From: Pachysolen tannophilus NRRL Y-2460
Lineage: Eukaryota
Assembly: GCA_001661245.1 (NCBI GenBank)
Contig: KV454015.1
Span: 475,465 to 539,464, forward strand
Length of the DNA: 64,000 bases
Direction: 5' to 3'
Positions within the stretch are counted from its first letter, which is position 1, and every line of letters begins with the position of its first letter. Below the pieces are notes generated by a model. The model had not been told where the DNA came from. It saw only the letters and a program-made list of their open reading frames with translations, and searched no databases. This document shows, piece after piece, positions 10,701 through 21,555 of the stretch. The position numbers and the translations under genes are program-made.

Positions 10701-13529
10701 ATGAAGTTCCCAAAATTTTTCAGGGATAATACTGAAACAGCCAAAAGTGATGTTTCCATTGATGTTAATGATATTCAACGTCATAATGTAGCTTTGGAAT
10801 CAATTACTTCAAAAATTGGTATTTCTCCAGATAATGATAAGCAAGAACTTGATTTTACTGCAGTTACTTCAAATCCTATTTCTCTTGGAGAAGTTGGTGA
10901 AGATTTTACTGAAGAACAAAAAATTGCTCTTTTAAGACGTATGAATTATGATGGGTTATTAAATCTTGATGATTTACCTATTGATGCAACTTATATGATT
11001 GAAAAAATTCAAAGTTTAACTCTTAGTGAATCCATAAAAATTTTAAAGGATACTCTTAAAGAACATGAAGGTGATATTAACCTTACACCAGATTTAGAAT
11101 CATTTTTAAAACTGATTGTAGATGCTGCAGATTTTCATCAACCAATGGATTTAAATACAACTATTCCATTGGATCAAACCCTTGAAGATTCAAATGAAAA
11201 ATCGGATACAAAAGAAACAGGTTTTATCACTACTGATGATTTTGCTTCTTCTGGTTCATATTCAAAATCAAATAAACTTTATGAATTATATGATTGGAAA
11301 TTTCAAGCTCGTCTTGAAGCAGGTCTTATTAATTTCCATTCTTTATATCCAGAAGTTAGAGCTGTTACTCAACCATATGATTTCCCAAATGAACTTTGTG
11401 AAACTTTTAGAGCTTATTGTATTGCAATTCTTTGGCAATGTATTGGTACTTTTATAAATACTTATTTTTATATGAGACAACCAAGTATTTCTTTAGGTTT
11501 TGAAGCTGTTCAACTTTTCATTTATCCATGTGGTATTGCTTGGGCATATATTGTTCCTGATTGGTCAATTAAAATGCCATTTTATAAAGATTGGACAGTT
11601 AAATTAAATCCTGGTCCATGGACTGCAAAAGAACAAATGTTTGCAACTTTGATTTATATTGTTGAAGGTGGTCCTCCTCAATTTTATATCAATATTATTA
11701 CTCAAAGATCTCGTAATTTATTTTATAATTCTTGGGCTACTTGGGGATATCAAATATTGATTGGATTATCTTCTCAATTTTTAGGTTTTGGTATAGCAGG
11801 GTTTTTAAGACCTTTCTTTGTTTATGATGTAACAGCAATGTGGCCATCTTTACTTCCAATTGTTGCTGTTAATAAAGCATTGATGATTCCTGAAAAAAAG
11901 GAAAACATTAATGGTTGGAAAATTTCAAGATATATGTTCTTCTTGGGAGTATTTACATTATCATTTTTTTACTATTGGATTCCAGATTATTTATTTAATG
12001 CAGTTTCTGAATTTAGTTGGATGACATGGATAAGTCCAAATAATCTTAACCTTGAAAATATCACTGGTTTCAATAATGGATTGGGATTGAATCCAGTTAC
12101 AAGTTTCGACTTTAACGTTATGTGGTATTCAACACCATTGGTCAATCCAGTTTTTACAACTTTATTGACTTATGTTGGTGTTTTAATTGGATTCATTTGT
12201 ACCCTTGCAATCTATTATAAAAACTATTTTTACACTGGATATTTCCCAATTTTTAGTCAAACATTATATGATAACACTGGTAATGAATATGATCTTACAA
12301 ATATAGTCACTTCGGAGGGAACTTTAAATTCCACTGCTTATGAAGCATATAGTCCACCTTTTTATACAGCTGGATATATCGTTTATTTGGGTTCAATGTA
12401 TGCATTAATCCCATTTATGTTTGTCTATGTTTCAGTCATTTATCGTAAAGTAATTTGGAAAGGACTTAAATCAATTAAAAATGCAGTTACAGGTGGTGGA
12501 TCATCATACAAGTTTTTCCATGATCCATTTTGTCGTATGAATTCAGTATTCCCAGAAGTACCAGAATGGTGGTTTTTCGTCATATTGGTAATTTCAATTG
12601 TTCTTGGTATTGTTGGTGTTGAAATTTATCCAACAGATACACCAGTTTGGAGTATTTTCTTTTCTCTTGGGTTCAATATTGTTTGTATGATTCCATTTCT
12701 TATAATTTATTCAAGAACAGGAAGTTATATTTCACTTTCTGGTGTTATTGAAATTATTATTGGATATGCATTACCTGGTAAAGCAACACCTATAATGTTA
12801 GCATCTCTTTTTGGTTATAACATTGATGAACAAGCTCAAAATTATTTAACAAATCAAAAAATTGCTCATTATTCAAAAGTTCCACCTAGAGCAATGTTTA
12901 GAGGTCAAATAATTACTGTCACAATTAATCTTTTCGTAGTATTGGCTATAGCAAACTGGCAAGTTAGTAGTATAACAGATTTCTGCGAGTCAGATCAACT
13001 GGATAACTTTACTTGTCCTGATGCTGTTAACCTTTATGATACTTCAGTTGTTTTTGGTCTTATTGGTCCAAAGAATGTTTTCCATCATCTCTACCCAGTT
13101 TTGAAATATGGATTTTTAATTGGATTCCTTTTAACAATTCCATTTATACTGTTTAAACTCTATGCACCAAAGAAATGGACCCATTATGTTGAACCAGTTG
13201 TTATTTTGAACGGTCTTTCATCATTTTCACCACCTTATAATTTGAGTTATTATACACCAGGTTTATACTGGGGTATTGCATTTATGTGGTATTTAAAGAC
13301 AAGATATAGAGCATGGTGGGAAAAATACAACTATATTTTCTATAGTGGTATTCAAGCTGGAATTGCGTTTTCCGCTGTTATCATCTTCTTTTCTGTTCAA
13401 TATAATCCAAAAGATCTCGACTGGTGGGGAAACAATGTTATTGCAATAGGTTTAGAAGACACAACTGTAGGAATGTTGAATGCCACAGATACTCCAAAAG
13501 GATATGTAGGGCCAGACACATGGTGGTGA
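10701..13529 (+). CDS. OPT-family oligopeptide transporter (Opt2/Isp4-like)
   Basis: SLYPEVRA, NPGPWTAKEQ, YSKVPPR, DWWGN motifs; many TM helices. Confidence 0.93.
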   Translation: MKFPKFFRDNTETAKSDVSIDVNDIQRHNVALESITSKIGISPDNDKQELDFTAVTSNPISLGEVGEDFTEEQKIALLRRMNYDGLLNLDDLPIDATYMIEKIQSLTLSESIKILKDTLKEHEGDINLTPDLESFLKLIVDAADFHQPMDLNTTIPLDQTLEDSNEKSDTKETGFITTDDFASSGSYSKSNKLYELYDWKFQARLEAGLINFHSLYPEVRAVTQPYDFPNELCETFRAYCIAILWQCIGTFINTYFYMRQPSISLGFEAVQLFIYPCGIAWAYIVPDWSIKMPFYKDWTVKLNPGPWTAKEQMFATLIYIVEGGPPQFYINIITQRSRNLFYNSWATWGYQILIGLSSQFLGFGIAGFLRPFFVYDVTAMWPSLLPIVAVNKALMIPEKKENINGWKISRYMFFLGVFTLSFFYYWIPDYLFNAVSEFSWMTWISPNNLNLENITGFNNGLGLNPVTSFDFNVMWYSTPLVNPVFTTLLTYVGVLIGFICTLAIYYKNYFYTGYFPIFSQTLYDNTGNEYDLTNIVTSEGTLNSTAYEAYSPPFYTAGYIVYLGSMYALIPFMFVYVSVIYRKVIWKGLKSIKNAVTGGGSSYKFFHDPFCRMNSVFPEVPEWWFFVILVISIVLGIVGVEIYPTDTPVWSIFFSLGFNIVCMIPFLIIYSRTGSYISLSGVIEIIIGYALPGKATPIMLASLFGYNIDEQAQNYLTNQKIAHYSKVPPRAMFRGQIITVTINLFVVLAIANWQVSSITDFCESDQLDNFTCPDAVNLYDTSVVFGLIGPKNVFHHLYPVLKYGFLIGFLLTIPFILFKLYAPKKWTHYVEPVVILNGLSSFSPPYNLSYYTPGLYWGIAFMWYLKTRYRAWWEKYNYIFYSGIQAGIAFSAVIIFFSVQYNPKDLDWWGNNVIAIGLEDTTVGMLNATDTPKGYVGPDTWW

Positions 13530-13690
13530 ATTGTAAATAATGAAGGTGATAAATTAATTGATAATACTGAATAATAGTATCGCAGTTAGTTTTTTTTCTT
13601 TTTTTCTTCTCTCGTTTTCTCTCTCTTTCTCTCTTATTTTTTTTTTTTTTTTTTTTTTTTGCTTTGTATATATATAATAACATTATTTAC

Positions 13691-14503
13691 TTAATAAATA
13701 AATAATATAATTTGCTTTTTGGAAACTTTTTCCATTAATTTTAAAAAATTTGAATTTTTAAACTTTTCTGAAGTTATTGTAGAATTATTTTTAAACGACA
13801 TTGCGTTTACAACCAATGAAGCAGTTTTAGCAAATTCATCTTTATCAAATAAAATTTCTTTTTCTTTTTCCTTTTCCTTTTCCTGTTCTTTTTCTTGTTC
13901 TTCTTTTTCAATATTTTCAAACATAGTGTTAAATTCCGAATCTTGTAATTCTATATGGTGTAATTCCTGATGCTCTGTTGGACCTTGTTGAATTGGACCT
14001 GCCATATACTGGGTGGTGTTATCAAGCATCAAGTTTCTTGATATAACGTTATCATTACTAACTGTGGATCGGAATCTTGGGGCTTGTTGTTGTTGTTGAA
14101 TATATTCTCGATTCCACTGGAAATCATTTTTCTGGCTATGAACATGACCTGCACTTGTATTATTCAAAGATAACCGAGAAAATTCATTTGTCCATTGTTG
14201 AGTAGAGTTATTATTTAGCTGAGGACCTTGATGTATCTCGTTCACACCACGATGCCCACTTGAAACAATAACATCATGATTTAATGGACTATAACTCAAA
14301 CTACTGTGAATATTATTATTAAAATTTTGGAAATCATTTTCAAGTCCTTTGTCTATTTGATTAAACTTATTTAAAAATGGACTTTGATGATTTTGCCGCC
14401 CTTGATTTCTTATTATATGATCTTGTTGTAAACTTCTATCTGCATGAGCATGATTAGAAAATTTCTGCAAAGCATTTGAAGTACCGCAAGATGATTCATT
14501 CAT
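13691..14503 (-). CDS. PEX20: PTS2 co-receptor Pex20/Pex21-like
   Basis: N-terminal Cys motif SCGTSNALQKF, WxxxF/Y motifs WTNEF and WNREY, Pex7-binding KFKNSNFLKLM. Confidence 0.8.
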   Translation of the reverse strand: MNESSCGTSNALQKFSNHAHADRSLQQDHIIRNQGRQNHQSPFLNKFNQIDKGLENDFQNFNNNIHSSLSYSPLNHDVIVSSGHRGVNEIHQGPQLNNNSTQQWTNEFSRLSLNNTSAGHVHSQKNDFQWNREYIQQQQQAPRFRSTVSNDNVISRNLMLDNTTQYMAGPIQQGPTEHQELHHIELQDSEFNTMFENIEKEEQEKEQEKEKEKEKEILFDKDEFAKTASLVVNAMSFKNNSTITSEKFKNSNFLKLMEKVSKKQIILFIY

Positions 14504-15495
14504 AATAAAATTAATTAATTAATAGAATAAATAATAATAATTATATGGGTATTGCAAACATTTTATACTTTAACCATAATAATTTCGATTTTTTTTTTTG
14601 TTTGCTGTTTTAGTTTTGGGAAAGATAACAAAGAGAAAGTAATTTCCCAAAATGGAATATTGATAAGAACAAAGAACAACACACGACCATTTTGTTTTTT
14701 TTATGATTTTGAACTATGAACTATCTGCTTGAGTTGCCGAAAACGGACGTTTTGGTAATTACATAGAGCACATACACGACATATAATACAGGGGCTATTT
14801 GATTTCTTTTTTTCTCAAAAAAAAAAACAAAAAAAACAAAAACAAAAACAGCCCTAGAGATACGTACTTATACACACGACTTTTCTGTTTTTTAAAAAAG
14901 TCATCAGGAGATAACAGTTTGGTTAAAACATGCTATCCATCGGCGGATGACAAAAAAAAAATCAACCACTTTTCTCTGCACCGATGGATCTTGTAGTTTC
15001 GTGACTGATAATAAATGATGGTTTAGAAGTAATAAAAAAAAATAAAATAAATAAAAAAAACAAAAAAAAAAAAATAGGAAAAAAAGTAATGTCGAGGGTG
15101 TTTATCCGTTAATTATTCGGTCACTAAATGTACTATGTCATGTGATATAAGTACTGTAAAAACAACCATTTCCGGGTTTTTAAAAGTCGGTGGCTGCTTA
15201 AATTTCTTTCTTTTTTTTTTTTTTTTTTATTTTATTTATTTCTTTTTTCTTAAAAAAACATCATCTCCATAATCCATAATAATAATAATAACAATAATAA
15301 TAATAATAATAATAAGATATATATCAATATATTGAATTCTGGTTTTAAAAAATTTTCTTGTCTTTGCAAGAGAGCTTTGTGCTTTGATATATATATATAG
15401 GTATTTTTTTTTNTTTTTTTTTTTTTGATTTTATTTGAATTGAAAAAAAAAGATTGATTGCCGCCGTTGTGGTAATTTATTATATTTTCAGCAAG

Positions 15496-16551
15496 ATGTC
15501 TATTACTATGTTGCAAGATCTTTATGATCGCGTATTTGATTCCAAATATTTACAACAGTTAGATTCAACTTTTCCTCCACCAGTTTCTATTTCGTTAAAG
15601 CCATCCTTAGTGAAGGGAATACCTGATGGGATACTTGCACTTGTTGCTCCAATAGTTGCTTATTGGACTTATTCAATTTTTTTCCATATTATTGATGTTT
15701 ATGAATTAGCTGAATATTATAGAATACATACTCCTGAAGAGATTTTGAAAAGAAATAAATCAACTCAATCAGAGGTTATTAGAGATGTGATAATTCAACA
15801 TATAATTCAAAGTATTGCTGGGATAATTGTTTATTCATTTGATCCACTTCCAACAACAGGTTTTGAAATAAATGCAATGTGGCAAATTAAAAAGAGAATT
15901 CCATTTCCTATACCAAATGAACTTATCTTTATACTTTATACAGTGGTGATTCCATTTTTAAGAATTTTTATTGCTTTCATAATAATAGATACTTGGCAAT
16001 TTTTCCTTCATAGATTGATGCATTTGAATAAATATTTGTATAAACGGTTTCATTCAAGGCATCATAGACTTTATACCCCATACGCTTTTGGTGCCTTATA
16101 TAATGACCCTGTGGAAGGGTTCTTACTAGATACTGCAGGATCAGGGTTAGCTGCAATAATTACAAATTTATCTCCAAGAGAACAAATCATCTTGTATACT
16201 TTTTCAACATTGAAAACAGTGGATGATCATTGTGGATATGCATTCCCTTGGGATCTTTTCCAAATAATTTTCCCAAATAATTCAATTTATCATGATATCC
16301 ATCATCAACATTTTGGTATAAAAAATAATTTTTCACAACCTTTTTTCACATTTTGGGATAAATGGTTTAAAACAGAATATCACGGTATTGATGAATACAA
16401 GAAAAACGCAAGAAAGATGAATATTGAAAAATATCATCTGTTTTTAGAAAATAGACACAAAAAGAGATTACAACAACAACAGAACAATAAAGAAAACTCA
16501 GAATACTCAGAGAATGATGATGAAAATCCATCTACCAAGAAGAAGGAATAA
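15496..16551 (+). CDS. SUR2: Sphinganine C4-hydroxylase
   Basis: His boxes HRLMH, HSRHH, DDHCGY, HDIHH; YAFGALYN; NFSQPFFTFWD. Confidence 0.96.
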   Translation: MSITMLQDLYDRVFDSKYLQQLDSTFPPPVSISLKPSLVKGIPDGILALVAPIVAYWTYSIFFHIIDVYELAEYYRIHTPEEILKRNKSTQSEVIRDVIIQHIIQSIAGIIVYSFDPLPTTGFEINAMWQIKKRIPFPIPNELIFILYTVVIPFLRIFIAFIIIDTWQFFLHRLMHLNKYLYKRFHSRHHRLYTPYAFGALYNDPVEGFLLDTAGSGLAAIITNLSPREQIILYTFSTLKTVDDHCGYAFPWDLFQIIFPNNSIYHDIHHQHFGIKNNFSQPFFTFWDKWFKTEYHGIDEYKKNARKMNIEKYHLFLENRHKKRLQQQQNNKENSEYSENDDENPSTKKKE

Positions 16552-16952
16552 ATAACTAAAAAACCAAAAAAAAAAAAAAAAAAGAAAATAATAATAATAA
16601 TAATTTTTTTTTTATCTTTATCATACATACATATAATAATTACCGCGGTGACACATAAGATATCCTATATCATTTATTTTTTTTTACACTATACTTTCTC
16701 TTTAATATAATTTGACCCTATGATGAAAGTTGAATGAACAATTACCTTTTTGTAAGTCTCTTTCTCTACCTTTCGAATAACAATTCAGTTAAAATGATTT
16801 TAATAATAATAACAAAAAAGTAGTGCACTCAAATATCAAATTTGAATTGAGTGTTTCCGATGTTGAACTCAAAAAACTTTTCATTTAATATATATAATAT
16901 ATATAATATATATGTTATAATTATTGACAAGTTCGAATCTAAATCTATTAAA

Positions 16953-17761
16953 ATGTCGAATAAATTCCGGTCAGCCAAATGGTTGGAAAAAAATGGATTT
17001 GCTCCACAGGTCTATCTTTTTAGAAATATAGAAAGTGGGCAAGTTGTTTATTCTCAGCTTCCTCATTTAAATGTATGTTAAATCATGTTTGAAGTTTTTT
17101 TTTTTTTTTTTGTTTTCTTGTTTTTTTGTGGTTCAGTTTGACTAACAGTATGAATTATGTTATTTAGAATTATCAAATTAAGCAGCAGTTCAAGCGTCCT
17201 AACTGGGAGAATAAAAAACCAACAAAACGTCGTGATATATGGCAAATAATGGCCGTTGCAGATTTTGAAAGTTTTGATAAGGCTGTTGTTGCTTATAATG
17301 GTCTTGTTGAATTAAGATATATGAGAGATGTAACTAAAAGAAAAGAAGCTGAATCTATGAGGAAAAGGAACAGCGATGGGAATATATGGTATTCAGCTCA
17401 ATTTAGACCAAGCTATTCGCAAGAATCTATTGCAGATTTATCAGCAGTTGTTGATGAATTTAAATTTAAAACAAAAATTTATTGGGAAGATATATGGAGA
17501 AAAGGTGATGATAAATATTGGAATTTAGATTTGGCTCAACATTTAGAATTTCCTCAAAAGATACTAGTTGATAGATCGGTTATTTTGAATGAATTAAGGG
17601 AAAATTCAAGGTTAGATTTTATTAAATTGAAAAAAGAACAAGAACAATTAGAATCTCAAAGTTCAAAAGAAATTCCAAAGACTGAAATTATTGCAGCAAA
17701 AACTCAAAAACTCAAAAACTCAAAAAAAAAAAAAAAAAAAAAAAACAAACATAATCTGTAG
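16953..17761 (+). CDS. MHR1: Mhr1/mL67 mitochondrial protein, two exons (16953-17072, 17168-17761)
   Basis: [18 protein letters not shown] joined in phase 0 to [14 protein letters not shown]; intron GTATGT at 17073, GACTAAC at 17140, TAG at 17167. Confidence 0.92.
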
Positions 17762-17886
17762 AATTTTATTTGTTTCTATTTACATGGTAATTCTTTAACT
17801 TTTTTTTCTTTCTTTTCTTTTCTTTTCTTTTCTATTGTTTTCATACCTTTATCTCAGTAATATCCTTTGTACATTTTATTTAAAAT

Positions 17887-19866
17887 TTAAGCCAATTTAT
17901 CACCTTCAATCATCTCTTCTTCATCATAGTAAAACAAACTATCATCATCATCTAAATATTCTTTACCACTAAAACCTCCATTCAAATATTCACCTAATGC
18001 AATACCTATACCTGCCAAGACACTACTTATTGTGAAAACTTTATTGAACCAATCATCAACAAATTCAACTTCTAAAGGTGCACCTAATGCTTGATTTACA
18101 TTAGAAGATAAAGATTCAGGTAAATTTGATCTTAATAATAATACCGTTGCCAACATATATATTCCTGTTATTTCTGAAATCATAAGACTTCTAATAAAAG
18201 ATTTTGAATGTGTTGTGCTGGTAGAACCATTATTCAAAGTTGCTGTAGAAGATGTTGTTGATGTGGATAAATTAGTTGCCATTGAAGGTGCTGACACTGT
18301 TGTTGTCACTGTGGTATTTGTTATATTTATTGGGAAAAATTTTGAAATTGAATGGAAAGTAGTCATGACACTTGAAATTGAACATAAAAACAATGATCCT
18401 GCTAATACAAAACTTAATTGATTAACTAAAGCTTCTATATCTGATGTAGTTCTAATACTACTTATAATCTTGGCAACAGTAACTGCTAATGCATCTTTTG
18501 TAATATCCGAATCCCTTTCCTGTTGCAACAGACCAAGTCTATCATTATCATCATTTTTCCAAGCTTTAAATAAATCTGTTGGTAATTGAATACAAAAAAC
18601 GCAAAAAATTTTATAAACACAATATAATGAAAATAATTTTTTGAAAAAATTTGTAATTTTTCCTTCAAAAGTTTGAATCTTTTGTTGATTTTCAAATCTT
18701 TTAGATAAATTACCTAAATCACTATATAAAGAATTTTTCATTTGAATTAAAATGCTTATTTCATTTTCTAAATCATTTCGTAAAATATCATCACTATTAT
18801 TAATATTATATGATGGGTTATTATCATTGTCTTCATCTTCATCATTATTACCAAAGATTGTATTTTTAATAAAAATACCTGCAAGACTTCCTTTCCTGCT
18901 ACCATTTCTACCGCTATTATTTTTATTAATATTATTAATATTATTATTATTATTATTATTATAATAATTTTCATTTCTTAATATTTTTTCTTGAACTTCT
19001 TCTAATTCCAATTGTCTTTTCTTCAATAATTCATCTGTATTTTTCAAACTATCAGCAATTTTTTTAAGATCAAATTCTGTTACTATTCTTCTTTTTTTAA
19101 TAAATTCATAATATGGATTCGATATTGTTCCAACACCACCAAGACATCCAATAGCACTAACTCCCAATAATGTAATTTCTGACAAAGATTTAGACAAATA
19201 AGTATGTTGTAAACCATCTGTATTTATCCCACTAATAACATCTAGTTCACTCAAGAGATAAAGCCATGCTGTTAATGAAGTAATCATAATTAATAATATC
19301 GATTTTAATCCCAAAGTAGGGAAATTTCTCTTAACGAAAAGTAATACTAATAATGCTGGTATAATGTAAATTAAAAAAATTATTAAAAAGGGTAAAATAA
19401 CATTCCATACTATAAGTCTACTATCACGATTAAAAATTTCATCAACTTCACATAAACATAATTCCATAATAAGTAAACTTAATGAAAATGTGATTGCAAA
19501 AATATGTTCTATCAAATAATGTAAATCTAGCTTTGCAAAAAATGAAAATGGAAACCGAAATAATTGATAAGAATTATGATGAGGATGATGATTATGAACA
19601 TGATGGAAATGATGATGAGTATTACTGTTATCATTAGGAGGTGGTGAATGTATTTTCTTTACCATCTTATAAAGTGATGACGATATAGAATCATTATGGT
19701 CTAGCTTGAAATCAGCCAAACCCAATTCCTTATGATTGATTGAAACAGAAGACAATCCAAATAGTTTCGGTATGAGCGGGAATATCACATGGGTTGACCA
19801 TATATAAAGCGCCAGAAACGATAGCACAAACGGAAATACTCCAACTATTATGGTTAAAGAAGCCAT
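17887..19866 (-). CDS. Golgi pH regulator/GPR89 (ABA-GPCR) family membrane protein, YHR078W-like
   Basis: IFAITFSLS..MELCLCE, GVSAIGCLGGVGTISNPY, SEITGIYMLATVLLLRSNLP, FVDDWF. Confidence 0.85.
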   Translation of the reverse strand: MASLTIIVGVFPFVLSFLALYIWSTHVIFPLIPKLFGLSSVSINHKELGLADFKLDHNDSISSSLYKMVKKIHSPPPNDNSNTHHHFHHVHNHHPHHNSYQLFRFPFSFFAKLDLHYLIEHIFAITFSLSLLIMELCLCEVDEIFNRDSRLIVWNVILPFLIIFLIYIIPALLVLLFVKRNFPTLGLKSILLIMITSLTAWLYLLSELDVISGINTDGLQHTYLSKSLSEITLLGVSAIGCLGGVGTISNPYYEFIKKRRIVTEFDLKKIADSLKNTDELLKKRQLELEEVQEKILRNENYYNNNNNNNINNINKNNSGRNGSRKGSLAGIFIKNTIFGNNDEDEDNDNNPSYNINNSDDILRNDLENEISILIQMKNSLYSDLGNLSKRFENQQKIQTFEGKITNFFKKLFSLYCVYKIFCVFCIQLPTDLFKAWKNDDNDRLGLLQQERDSDITKDALAVTVAKIISSIRTTSDIEALVNQLSFVLAGSLFLCSISSVMTTFHSISKFFPINITNTTVTTTVSAPSMATNLSTSTTSSTATLNNGSTSTTHSKSFIRSLMISEITGIYMLATVLLLRSNLPESLSSNVNQALGAPLEVEFVDDWFNKVFTISSVLAGIGIALGEYLNGGFSGKEYLDDDDSLFYYDEEEMIEGDKLA

Positions 19867-20271
19867 TTCCCTTATACACAAAACTTAAAAACCCCTAAAA
19901 GTTAAAAAAAAAAAAAAAAGAAAAGAAAAAAAAAGAATAAACCCACACTCACTCACACACACCACTATATCAAGAACCTCCAAACCAAAAAAAAAGAAAA
20001 AAAGAAAAAAAAAACACAATCAAAGTTTCAATTAAATAAAAATAAAAAGACTATTGTTTATATATCTATCTTATTGTATAAAAAAGATAAAGAAAAGAAA
20101 ATTTCATCTTCTTTTAAAAAGATGTAGAAATAGTTATTTCCGTTTTGGGAAATAACTTGCTTAAAAGCACGACCTCTTTAATCCAGCCATTTTTCTTCTT
20201 TTTTTACTTTTTTTTGGCGACAGAAAGAGACATGTTAGAGCAACCGGTGGGGCCGACAGTATGGGAAAGAA

Positions 20272-20351
20272 GCACATGATGAGTCTATGTTTTAAAGAGA
20301 GAACCAATGAAAACGTTAAAAACAAAAACAATTGTGTACTTTTCTGATTGT
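20272..20351 (+). ncRNA. Candidate box C/D snoRNA
   Basis: Box C ATGATGA 20276-20282, box D CTGA 20344-20347, 11-nt segment CTATGTTTTAA complementary to a remembered 25S rRNA sequence. Confidence 0.3.
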
Positions 20352-20418
20352 ATTATTGAGTTCGGGTGTTTTCCAGCACGATGGAGTTGATATGCGCTTT
20401 TGTTTAATAAAAGTTTCT

Positions 20419-20490
20419 GGGCGTGTGGTCTAGTGGTATGATTCTCGCTTTGGGTGTGAGAGGCCCTGGGTTCAATTCCCAGCTCGCCCC
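20419..20490 (+). tRNA. tRNA-Pro(UGG), intronless
   Basis: 72-nt cloverleaf GGGCGTGTGGTCTAGTGG...anticodon TGG...GGTTCAATTCCC AGCTCGCCCC; oligo-T Pol III terminator from about 20498. Confidence 0.97.
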
Positions 20491-20879
20491 TAGATTACTT
20501 TTTTTTTTTTTTTTTGTATCTCTATTTCTTTTAAAAACTTAAATTTATTTCAGATGTATTATTATTATTGCAAAAATACTAAACTATACTTGTATTAAAT
20601 GATTAAATTCTCTTCTTTTTTCTTTTCTTCTTCATATATAATAAAAATAACGGAAATGACTGAATAAAAGCACAATATAAACTCAAATACTTGCACAAAA
20701 GTGTATATAAAAAAAAAAAAAAAAAAAAAAATATTAAAGAAAAGAAGAAATACACATTTCTAATGATGATAAATGATGTCCCAAACAAACACAAGAAATG
20801 AACTAACTTTAATCGTTAAACACTCTCACACACAATAAAATAAAAAATAATAATCAGAAAAATAAAAAAAAAAAAAAAA

Positions 20880-21286
20880 NNNNNNNNNNNNNNNNNNNNN
20901 NNNNNNNNNNNNNNNNNNNNNNNNNNNNNNNNNNNNNNNNNNNNNNNNNNNNNNNNNNNNNNNNNNNNNNNNNNNNNNNNNNNNNNNNNNNNNNNNNNNN
21001 NNNNNNNNNNNNNNNNNNNNNNNNNNNNNNNNNNNNNNNNNNNNNNNNNNNNNNNNNNNNNNNNNNNNNNNNNNNNNNNNNNNNNNNNNNNNNNNNNNNN
21101 NNNNNNNNNNNNNNNNNNNNNNNNNNNNNNNNNNNNNNNNNNNNNNNNNNNNNNNNNNNNNNNNNNNNNNNNNNNNNNNNNNNNNNNNNNNNNNNNNNNN
21201 NNNNNNNNNNNNNNNNNNNNNNNNNNNNNNNNNNNNNNNNNNNNNNNNNNNNNNNNNNNNNNNNNNNNNNNNNNNNNNNNNNNNNN
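20880..21286. other. Assembly gap (N run)
   Basis: Ns flanked by poly-A. Confidence 1.
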
Positions 21287-21477
21287 AAAAAAAAAAAAAA
21301 ATTCTTTCTCTAGGAAAAAAAAAAGTACTAATAACAATAAAAAGAAAATAAATAAAAAATTAAAAATTAGAAATTAAAAATTGAAAAATTGCAAAAAATC
21401 CCCTTCTCGCTTTATCAAATAAATAACAATTAAATTAAACCAGTAAGCTCCTGCTTTACACCCAAGATTAAAATGAA

Positions 21478-21509
<32 letters not shown>

Positions 21510-21555
21510 CACACAAAAAACCAAAATTTTATTTTTTTATTTTTTATTATTACCA

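Noticed and set aside
17698..17745. Poly-Lys tail of Mhr1
   Set aside because: Encoded by AAAACTC repeats and a long A homopolymer of unreliable length
20816..21337. X-filled ORFs across N gaps (also 26852-27259 and 45148-45540)
   Set aside because: Artefacts of assembly gaps and flanking homopolymers
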